Origin: a bacterium
GTDB lineage: Bacteria > Margulisbacteria > WOR-1 > O2-12-FULL-45-9 > XYB2-FULL-48-7
Length of the DNA: 18,592 bases
Reading direction: 5' to 3'
Assembly (NCBI GenBank): GCA_043812655.1
Contig: JBDRLW010000023.1
Coordinates: 1-18,592 of the forward strand
This document shows positions 8,577 through 16,105 of the stretch, piece after piece. The notes under the pieces were generated by a model, which was given only the letters and a program-made list of their open reading frames with translations, was not told the DNA's origin and ran no database searches. Numbering within the stretch: position 1 is the first letter of the stretch; each line of letters starts with the position of its first letter. The position numbers and the translations under genes are program-made.

Positions 8577-9677
8577 CTAGATAATCGCCTTCTGCGTCGC
8601 CGGGTCAAAAAAGTGGATCTTCCTTAAATTAAAAACCAGCCCAAAATTGCTCCCCGGTTTTGGATCGGCCATCGCCCCCACCCGGCCAGTTATATGAGTA
8701 GACCCAACTTTCGCATAAACATAAGTGTCTGATCCCATCAGTTCCCTAAAATCAACAACTGTTTCAATTATATGCTTATGATCGATCCAGCCTGATGACG
8801 GCACATCCCAAATATCTTCCGGCCTGATCCCAAAGATCACTTCCTTATCAACATGGCCAGCTAAAAGTCCGTCAACGTCGGCTGGAACATTGAATTTAAA
8901 TCCTTCACATTCAAAGACGTAGTTGTCCTGAATTTTACGGATGATCCCTTTAATAAAGTTCATGGGCGGCGAACCGATAAACCCGGCCACAAACCGGTTT
9001 GACGGCTTATCATAAACCGAGAGCGGCTCATCAAGCTGTTGGAGTTCGCCATTCAGTATCACCGCGACCCTCTGGCCTAAGGTCATCGCTTCTATCTGGT
9101 CATGGGTCACATACACGATCGTCGCTTCAAGTTTTTTATGGATCCGCTGTAATTCTGCTCTCATTTGGACGCGCAGTTTGGCGTCAAGGTTAGACAGCGG
9201 TTCATCCATTAAAAATACTTTTGGGTCCCTAACGATCGCGCGTCCGAGCGCTACTCTCTGCCTTTGTCCACCCGACAATTGCTTCGGTAACCGGTCAAGC
9301 ATATTGGTCAGGCCAAGGATCTCAGCCGCTTCGCTTACCCGCTGGTTTATTTCTGGTTTAGGGATCCCCCGCAGTTTCAAGCCAAACGCCAGATTCTCGT
9401 AAACTTTCATGTGGGGATAAAGAGCGTAAGATTGGAAGACCATGGCGATGTTCCGGTCTTTAGGCGGCACATCGTTAACTAGCTTGCCGTCAATAAATAC
9501 CTTCCCCTCAGAGATCTCTTCGAGGCCGGCGATCATCCGCAACGTGGTCGTCTTGCCGCAACCGGAAGGACCGACTAAGACCAAAAATTCTTTGTCTTTG
9601 ATCTCCAAGTTGATCTTCTTGACCGCCACCACGTCGTTATAATATTTAGAGACACTCGCTAGTATTACATTTGCCAC
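8577..9677 (-). CDS. Carbohydrate ABC transporter ATP-binding protein (MalK/MsmX/UgpC family)
   Basis: Walker A GPSGCGKTT, FQSYALYPHM, LSGGQRQR, DEPLSNLD and a C-terminal regulatory region (GIRPE); GTG start. Confidence 0.93.
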   Translation of the reverse strand: MANVILASVSKYYNDVVAVKKINLEIKDKEFLVLVGPSGCGKTTTLRMIAGLEEISEGKVFIDGKLVNDVPPKDRNIAMVFQSYALYPHMKVYENLAFGLKLRGIPKPEINQRVSEAAEILGLTNMLDRLPKQLSGGQRQRVALGRAIVRDPKVFLMDEPLSNLDAKLRVQMRAELQRIHKKLEATIVYVTHDQIEAMTLGQRVAVILNGELQQLDEPLSVYDKPSNRFVAGFIGSPPMNFIKGIIRKIQDNYVFECEGFKFNVPADVDGLLAGHVDKEVIFGIRPEDIWDVPSSGWIDHKHIIETVVDFRELMGSDTYVYAKVGSTHITGRVGAMADPKPGSNFGLVFNLRKIHFFDPATQKAII

Positions 9678-9680
9678 GAT

Positions 9681-10139
9681 TTACAGCTCCTTACTTAAGT
9701 TTGCTAATTCGATCGCCGATAGTGCCGCATCAAATCCCTTATTTCCGGCTTTGACGCCAGCCCGCTCTAGCGCCTGTTCTAGGTTATCGGTCGTCAATAA
9801 TCCAAAAATCACCGGCACCCCGCTATCAAGCGACACCTTGGATATCCCTTTGGACGCTTCCGCCGCCACATAATCAAAATGCGGCGTTCCGCCCCTGATG
9901 ATCGCGCCTAGACAAATGACCGCATCATAATTCTTCGCGATCTTTTGGGCAACCAGCGGAATTTCAAACGCTCCCGGCACCCAAACAACGTCTATATTAG
10001 CATCTTTTACCCCGTGGCGCCTCAAGCAATCTTGCGCACCGCTCAACAAGCCCCTAGAAACCAATTCATTGAACCGCGAAATGATGATCCCGACCTTAAG
10101 CTTGCTCGCCTCAAGATTCCCTTCAAATACTTTTCCCAT
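9681..10139 (-). CDS. ribH: 6,7-dimethyl-8-ribityllumazine synthase
   Basis: [33 protein letters not shown] upstream. Confidence 0.97.
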   Translation of the reverse strand: MGKVFEGNLEASKLKVGIIISRFNELVSRGLLSGAQDCLRRHGVKDANIDVVWVPGAFEIPLVAQKIAKNYDAVICLGAIIRGGTPHFDYVAAEASKGISKVSLDSGVPVIFGLLTTDNLEQALERAGVKAGNKGFDAALSAIELANLSKEL

Positions 10140-11358
10140 GTTTTTTCTCCCCTCCTAATATATGTCCCATTTTGCGGGACTTTGTTTCCAAATATTTTTT
10201 ATTATATTCATTCGGATCAATTTTTAAATTCACCCGTTCCGTAATCTTCAGGCCATAACCTTCCAGCCCCACGACTTTCTTCGGATTATTGGTCAACAGC
10301 CTGATCGTTGATAATCCGAGCTCCGCCAAGATCTGTGCCCCGATCCCGTAGTCGCGCAAGTCTGGAGCGAATCCCAGTATTTGGTTCGCTTCGACCGTAT
10401 CGTAACCTTTTTCCTGCAATTCATAAGCGCGTAATTTATCTTTGAGCCCAATACCTCGCCCTTCCTGGCGCATATAAAGCAAAACGCCTTGGCCGCAAAA
10501 ATCGATCCGCTCTAGCGCCGCCGCTAACTGCTCGCCGCAATCGCACCGGAGCGAACCAAAAACATCGCCGGTCAAACATTCGGAATGGACGCGGACCAAG
10601 ACATCTTGGCGTCCTTTCACTTGGCCCTTGACCAGCGCGACATGATGCTTCCCTTCCAGCAAATCTTCATAGCCGTAAGCGGTAAATTCCCCGAACTTGG
10701 TCGGCATTTTGCTGGTCGAAACTTTTTTAATTAGTTTTTCATGCTTCATCCGGTAAGAAATAAGGTTGGCGATAGTTACTATTTTAAGCTTGTGGCGCTT
10801 GGCAAAATTGATCAGGGCCATTCCCCTCGCCATATTCCCGTCACGCTCAATTATTTCGCAAATGACCGCCGCCGGATAAAGACCGGCCAGCTTGGCCAGG
10901 TCTACCGCCGCTTCAGTGTGTCCCGCCCGCTTCAAAACGCCGCCTTCTTTGATCCGCAAAGGAAAAACATGGCCGGGTGTGACCAGATCATCTTTTTTCG
11001 AATTGGTATTGATCAAAACTTCAACTGTCTTCGCCCGATCGGCCGGGGAGATCCCGGTCGAGACGCTATACTTTTGGCTGGCATCGACCGAAACCGTAAA
11101 AGCGGTCCGCATCGGTTCATTGTTGTTTTCTACCATCTGCCGCAATTCTAGCTCATCAAGCCGCTCGCCGGTCATCGGCACGCAAACCAGCCCTTTAGCT
11201 TCAGAGATCATAAAATTGATCGCCGCGGGGGTCACTTTCTCCGCCGCCATCACCAGATCGCCTTCGTTTTCGCGGTCGGCATCATCAACCACTACGATCA
11301 TTTTCCCGTTCTGGATTTCCTTGATAGCTTCTTCGATAGAGTTAAAGTTTATCTTCAT
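10123..11358 (-). CDS. ribBA: Bifunctional DHBP synthase / GTP cyclohydrolase II
   Basis: [48 protein letters not shown]. Confidence 0.97.
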   Translation of the reverse strand: MKINFNSIEEAIKEIQNGKMIVVVDDADRENEGDLVMAAEKVTPAAINFMISEAKGLVCVPMTGERLDELELRQMVENNNEPMRTAFTVSVDASQKYSVSTGISPADRAKTVEVLINTNSKKDDLVTPGHVFPLRIKEGGVLKRAGHTEAAVDLAKLAGLYPAAVICEIIERDGNMARGMALINFAKRHKLKIVTIANLISYRMKHEKLIKKVSTSKMPTKFGEFTAYGYEDLLEGKHHVALVKGQVKGRQDVLVRVHSECLTGDVFGSLRCDCGEQLAAALERIDFCGQGVLLYMRQEGRGIGLKDKLRAYELQEKGYDTVEANQILGFAPDLRDYGIGAQILAELGLSTIRLLTNNPKKVVGLEGYGLKITERVNLKIDPNEYNKKYLETKSRKMGHILGGEKKHGKSI

Positions 11359-11390
11359 TTTTAATTTTTCATTAAGTCATTTTTCATTAA
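11355..11390. repeat. Degenerate heptamer array filling the ribE-ribBA spacer
   Basis: TCATTTT TAATTTT TCATTAA G TCATTTT TCATTAA; the first unit contains the ribBA start codon. Confidence 0.6.
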
Positions 11391-12050
11391 TTAGTTATCT
11401 ATCCACCCCATCGGTAAAAATCCAACTTTCAGCATCATCTCTTCCGAAATGGTGGCCGGTTCTTTCAGCAGATGGCGTTCAATATATTTTGAGAGGAGGT
11501 CAACTTCCACATTAACCCGGTCACTAACATTCAAGAGTCCCAAAGTGGTAGTTTTTGCCGTTTGCGGGATCACCACGACTCGCAGTAAACCGTCCCTAAT
11601 GTCAGCAACGGTCAAGCTAACGCCATCGACCGCGATCGAGCCTTTAGGGACAAGATAACGGAGTAATTCACTGGGAATAGACAGGTAAAGTTCAAAACTC
11701 CCTTCACCGGTCAAGATCTTGTTTTTCACTTCCGCCATCCCATCGACATGGCCGGTCATGATGTGGCCACCAAGCCGACCGGAAAGAGGAAGGGCTTTTT
11801 CTAAATTAACGTGGCTGGAGATGCGCAGGTCGCCAATGGTTGAACGTTTGAGGGTTTCGCTGGCGGCATCAAATTCGGCAAAGCCGCGGCGGACTGTGGT
11901 GGCAGTTAAACAAACACCATTGACCGCGACGCTTTCTCCTACCTTTAAGTCGTCATAGAACTTGCCGGCCGAGATCGCCAGCTTCATCATTTGCTGCAGT
12001 TTGATGACCGAGGCAACTACGCCAATTTGTTCAACAATACCGGTGAACAT
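11391..12050 (-). CDS. ribE: Riboflavin synthase (alpha chain)
   Basis: MFTGIVE N-terminus, NGVCLT, GGHIMTGHVDG, KGSIAVDGVSLT. Confidence 0.96.
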   Translation of the reverse strand: MFTGIVEQIGVVASVIKLQQMMKLAISAGKFYDDLKVGESVAVNGVCLTATTVRRGFAEFDAASETLKRSTIGDLRISSHVNLEKALPLSGRLGGHIMTGHVDGMAEVKNKILTGEGSFELYLSIPSELLRYLVPKGSIAVDGVSLTVADIRDGLLRVVVIPQTAKTTTLGLLNVSDRVNVEVDLLSKYIERHLLKEPATISEEMMLKVGFLPMGWIDN

Positions 12051-12056
12051 GACTAT

Positions 12057-12065
12057 ATTTTATCA
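12057..12065 (-). promoter_or_regulatory. Extended -10 promoter for ribE; leaderless
   Basis: TGaTAAAAT lies 6 nt before the ATG at 12050. Confidence 0.65.
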
Positions 12066-12095
12066 CGAAACAAGAGGTTTGAAAACCGCGGAAAA

Positions 12096-12494
12096 CTAAC
12101 ATTGCCTAAGATATGTCCCGAGGATGCCATTAATGAATTTAGCCGCTTCGCCGCTGGAATACTTCTTGGCTAATTCGACCGCTTCATTAATGACTACAGA
12201 CGGGGGTGGATCTTTGGCTTTTAATTCGTAGAGAGCCAGGCGCATAATGCTCCGATCAACCTTGCTAATTCGTTCCAGCGGCCAATCGATCGCCAGTTTT
12301 TCAATGATTTTGTCGTTGGCCTCTCTTTCTTCCCAGGCTCCCAGAGCTAACTTATGGGAGAACTCTTCCGTTTCGGGGATAAATTTTTCGTCTTCAATTA
12401 AATTTTTGACCGCTTCTTCAATCCCACTCCCGGCGATCTCCGCTTGGTAGAGCGCCTGCATCGCTAGCCGTCTTGAAGTCGATCGTTTACCCAT
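12096..12494 (-). CDS. nusB: Transcription antitermination factor NusB
   Basis: 'R..SRRLAMQALYQ', 'DWPLERISKVDRSIMR', 'INEAVELAKKY', 'FINGILG'. Confidence 0.96.
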   Translation of the reverse strand: MGKRSTSRRLAMQALYQAEIAGSGIEEAVKNLIEDEKFIPETEEFSHKLALGAWEEREANDKIIEKLAIDWPLERISKVDRSIMRLALYELKAKDPPPSVVINEAVELAKKYSSGEAAKFINGILGTYLRQC

Positions 12495-13112
12495 TTATTT
12501 TCCTTGTCCTTTTTTGGAACCAGGTTTGCTGTTCCAAATTCATAAATCTTATCCCAAACAGATCAAAAACATTCCTCCGACCTAAAATATTCGGCATATT
12601 ATCATTTTCAGCGATCGCAACCTCGATCAATTCGGTATGCTTTCCTATCAGAACATCCATGTTATGGACATAAGCATTAATGTGATTTGGCCCTATCCCT
12701 TTTAGGCGGATCTTTTTCCCTTTATTAAGATCATGCCCAAACAACTCACCAAAACTTCTCATCATTATACTTACGTCCGCGCCAGAGTCAACATACATTG
12801 TTAGAGCTCGCCAAATAAATGACCTAACTCCCCACCGCAAGCGGTGGGGTATCTTTAACTTTACTGGAACCTGCGACTAAAAGTCGCGGTTCCAGTCTCC
12901 TTTTTATTTTGTTTGGAAACCGCGAAGTTCATTCGCTGGTTTCCAAACATTCAAACTTTTCCACGCCTCCCCTTCGACCCTTAAGGTACCCGCGCCGCAA
13001 GCGGCGGGGATATCGCTTGATTATTCTTATCAAGAATATGGATTTCCGCAACTGGCCGTTTTACTATCCCAAAAGATTCAGATGATTCCTCATGCCAATT
13101 GTATTTGATCAT
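12487..13112 (-). pseudogene. Retropepsin-like aspartyl protease interrupted by a ~200-bp insertion
   Basis: N-terminal part 13112-13020 (MIKYNWHEESSESFGIVKRPVAEIHILDKNN; ATG overlaps the upstream TGA). C-terminal part 12816-12487 (IWRALTMYVDSGAD...NILGR). Removing 12817-13019 gives an intact 140-aa ORF. As written, translation stops at TAA 12983-12981. Confidence 0.85.
12817..13020 (-). mobile_element. Non-autonomous IS200/IS605-type palindrome-associated element (PATE/MITE-like)
   Basis: Related subterminal hairpins at both ends (13009-12989 and 12849-12830, core CCGCTTGCGG). The right end reads GGGGAGTTAGGTCAT. No terminal inverted repeats, no clear target duplication, no transposase; it interrupts a gene. 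Confidence 0.8.
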
Positions 13113-13330
13113 AGAAGGAGACATTCTTCAGAAGGTATGACCGAAAGCAGTGGTTCTTGGCCAGGATGCTTTTTTTGTGATCTATTATAAGCTTCAACAG
13201 CGTCTTTACCAACACTTACATCTTTTTTGACAATCGCCACAACTTTACCCGCATATTTTTGCTGCAAGCTTGGCATATGCTTTCCCAGCCAAATAAAATC
13301 CTGGTGTTTTCTTTGTTCTTGTGGGACCAT
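13109..13330 (-). CDS. DUF5678-like small protein
   Basis: 73 aa 'WL..H...L..KYAGKVVAI....V.VGKD..EAY....K..P...P.L..IP'; ATGA-coupled to the protease gene. Confidence 0.75.
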   Translation of the reverse strand: MVPQEQRKHQDFIWLGKHMPSLQQKYAGKVVAIVKKDVSVGKDAVEAYNRSQKKHPGQEPLLSVIPSEECLLL

Positions 13331-13336
13331 GATATT

Positions 13337-13345
13337 ATGATAGCA
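13337..13345 (-). promoter_or_regulatory. Extended -10 promoter for the DUF5678-protease-nusB unit; leaderless
   Basis: TGcTATCAT lies 6 nt before the ATG at 13330. Confidence 0.65.
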
Positions 13346-13430
13346 TAAAAAACGTTCTAAATCCGCCCTTCCCTATAAGCCATCCAGCGGTCTTTTATCT
13401 TCTGGTCTTCGACAGAGAAACAAAAATACT

Positions 13431-13457
13431 GAAATTTTCCCGACTTTCTAACGATAA
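13431..13457 (+). promoter_or_regulatory. Putative sigma28/FliA-like promoter
   Basis: GAAATTTT-N11-AACGATAA, followed by SD AGGAG (13483-13487) and a TTG start at 13495. Confidence 0.5.
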
Positions 13458-13494
13458 TATTATAACAGATATTTAAACTAAAAGGAGTAATTAA

Positions 13495-14750
13495 TTGACT
13501 ATTTTAGGCCAAAGCATTGCTAATCAGGTTAAACGGACATTACCAGTAACTTCTCTACCTAAGGGAGAATTTCGCTATTCTGTTCAGCTCTCTGAATTGC
13601 AGCCATTTTTACAAAAGTTATCAGGCAACGATCTGGCTTTATTGAAAAGGCGAATGACTTTTTCTTTGGAAAGGGCTCGCGAAGATACCAGATCAGTCGT
13701 AATTTTGCTAGAACAGCCAATTGAGCTAGAAGGCCAATTGATCTCTTCCTTAAGGCTTAAAGGGGTCTTTCCACAATCTGAAAACGGCAAAGTAAAACCG
13801 TATGTCGATGGCGCTGGCTATAGTGTGACTAAAGTTGAGCCGATCAGTAGCACGAGAATAAGAGGCAGGAAAGAGCGAAAATCTACTGAATTTTCCGCCT
13901 CTGGCACCATGGGTCATCCAGGGTTTCCCAGGAAATACTGGCAGCTTTACAACTTGGTCCAGCCATAACCGATCTCCCTTTAGGCTTTGGCCTTTTTGAA
14001 GACCTGCACTTTAATGACGAGCCAGTCGGTTTTATGATCTACGGCATGGAAAGAAAAACCGACCAAAGATTGACCCCCTTGGCGACCAAAGCCGTTTTTC
14101 TTGGGAAAAAAGTCCTGGCCAGAAAATGCGGTAGTTTGATGGAAAAGGCCGGTTTACTTTTAAGGCAAACCCACGAAACAGGGCTCTTTCATCTAGCGCC
14201 TCATTTAGGGAATTATGGCATTAATCCAAACGGTGTCCGGCTGCTCGATTTAGACACAACCCTTTCTTTTGCGGCCGTACCAGCTGAATTACGTTTTGCC
14301 TATTTCTATCTAGATTTAAGTAAAGCTCTAGGTCATTTATATAATTTTTCAGCCATCTTACCGAACGGTCAACAAACAACTTATCTTTCCCTGATCACTC
14401 TTTTACCCCACTTTTTATGGGGTTGTTTTAAAGGGGATACTTCTAATCCTCTGCTAGCCAAAATCAAAAGTTATTACGATGGCTCATTCGATTGGCAAGC
14501 AGCCGGGGATTTTAGTTCTGTTTTTGGTTTTCCCGATTGTTTCCAAAGTATTGGAAAACCTGATTTTAGCTCTTTTAGCTTTGGCTTGGTTCGCCCGCGC
14601 ATTGCTCTAGAAGGTTTTGAGTGTCTGGCACCGGAACAAACCGAAGTTGATTTAAAAGATTATCGCAGTAATCCGTTCTTTAGCCTCTTTTATGATGCGC
14701 TAGAGAGAACTTTAGTTACTTGGTCGACGTCCCAAAATGTTCTTCGATGA
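13495..14750 (+). pseudogene. Frameshifted orphan protein-kinase-like (pseudokinase) gene, ~418 aa if joined
   Basis: ORF1 (13495-13968) carries RLKG. The frame of ORF2 is open from 13890 and carries QEIL, HLAPHLGN and LLDLD. The two frames overlap at 13890-13968 with a -1 offset, and ORF2 has no SD. Confidence 0.65.
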
Positions 14751-16068
14751 ACTTAGTTGTCGCTTCGCCGCGGCGGAAGGCGCCATTCTTTAAGACTTTA
14801 CTGTGGAAAGGGATAGTCGTGGCGATCCCATCAACCACATATTCGTCAAGCGCCCGTTCCATCCGCTGGATTGCTTCTTCCCGATTTTTTCCCCAGACGA
14901 TCAGTTTAGCGATTAATGAATCGTAATGTGGTTGGATCATATAACCGGCATAAGCATGGCTATCGATCCTGATCCCCGGCCCTCCAGGGGTATGATACGC
15001 TTTGATCAGGCCTGGACACGGCATAAAGTTCTTTTCATGATTTTCGGCATTGATCCGGCATTCGATTGAATGTCCTTGGTATTTAACATCGCCTTGCTTG
15101 ATCTTTAATTTTTCGCCGGCGGCGATCAATATCTGTTCTTTAACAATATCAATATTTGTGATCATTTCGGTTACCGGGTGTTCAACCTGGACCCTGGTAT
15201 TCATCTCCATAAAATAAAAATGGCCGTGTTTATCAAACAGGAATTCAATTGTCCCAGCGCTATAATAATGAACCGCTTTAGCCGCTTTAACTGCCGCTTC
15301 GCCAATCTTGCGCCGTAAACGGTCATCTATTACCGGTGACGGTGATTCTTCTACTAGCTTCTGATGCCGCCTTTGGATCGAACAATCCCGTTCTCCCAAA
15401 TAAATAGTATTGCCGTATCGATCAGCCAATAACTGGACTTCAATGTGTCTTGGATCTTCAATAAATTTTTCAATATAAACTTCAGCATTGCCAAAAGCCG
15501 CTTCGGCTTCGGCCCTGGCAGTTCTCATTAGATGAATAAATTCTTCACTCTTCCAAACCACCCGCATCCCCTTCCCACCACCACCGGCAGTCGCTTTGAT
15601 CACCACTGGATAACCAATTTTATCGGCCACAGCTTTAGCCTCTTTTTCATCGGCAATGGTCCCGTCTGACCCGGGGACAGTTGGCACGCCTGCTTTAGCT
15701 ACGGTCTTGCGGGCAGTCGCCTTGTCTCCCATTCTTTCCATCGCTTCGGCCGGCGGTCCAATAAATACTATTTTGTGATCGGCGCAGATATTGGCAAATT
15801 TTGAGTTCTCGGAGAGGAAGCCATAACCGGGATGAATCGCGTCAACGCCTGCTACTTCAGCCACGCTGATTATCCCCGGAATATTAAGGTAGCTTTTGTT
15901 AGGAGCTGGAGGACCGATGCAGAAAGCCTCATCGGCAATTTTTACATGGAGAGCGTCTTTATCCGCTTCGGAGTAGACCGCAACGGTTGAAATACCCAGC
16001 TCTTTGGCCGCGCGGATTATCCGGACAGCGATCTCACCGCGATTAGCAACTAAGATTTTCTTAAACAC
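14716..16068 (-). CDS. accC: Biotin carboxylase subunit of acetyl-CoA carboxylase
   Basis: [62 protein letters not shown] start. Confidence 0.95.
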   Translation of the reverse strand: MFKKILVANRGEIAVRIIRAAKELGISTVAVYSEADKDALHVKIADEAFCIGPPAPNKSYLNIPGIISVAEVAGVDAIHPGYGFLSENSKFANICADHKIVFIGPPAEAMERMGDKATARKTVAKAGVPTVPGSDGTIADEKEAKAVADKIGYPVVIKATAGGGGKGMRVVWKSEEFIHLMRTARAEAEAAFGNAEVYIEKFIEDPRHIEVQLLADRYGNTIYLGERDCSIQRRHQKLVEESPSPVIDDRLRRKIGEAAVKAAKAVHYYSAGTIEFLFDKHGHFYFMEMNTRVQVEHPVTEMITNIDIVKEQILIAAGEKLKIKQGDVKYQGHSIECRINAENHEKNFMPCPGLIKAYHTPGGPGIRIDSHAYAGYMIQPHYDSLIAKLIVWGKNREEAIQRMERALDEYVVDGIATTIPFHSKVLKNGAFRRGEATTKFIEEHFGTSTK

Positions 16069-16076
16069 GAGAAGTT

Positions 16077-16105
16077 ATGTTACCATGGTCTCAAAAAAAT
16101 GTCAA
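16077..16105 (-). promoter_or_regulatory. sigma70-type promoter for accC; leaderless
   Basis: TTGACA (16105-16100), 17 nt, TAACAT (16082-16077, TGn-extended), 8 nt, GTG at 16068. The -35 box lies in the 3' end of the Nramp gene. Confidence 0.75.

Noticed and set aside
12051..12095. FMN riboswitch upstream of the rib genes
   Set aside because: Only 45 nt are available and they are occupied by a promoter; no RFN motifs.
12817..12840. TTG start (MRWGVRSF) for a 117-aa protease
   Set aside because: The codon lies inside the element's terminal hairpin with no adjacent SD; the original N-terminus is at 13112.
12817..13020. Insert as a CRISPR mini-array, self-splicing intron or plain terminator cluster
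   Set aside because: Repeats are not identical or regularly spaced, no cas genes are present, I see no group I/II intron core motifs, and the ends fit IS200/IS605 rules.
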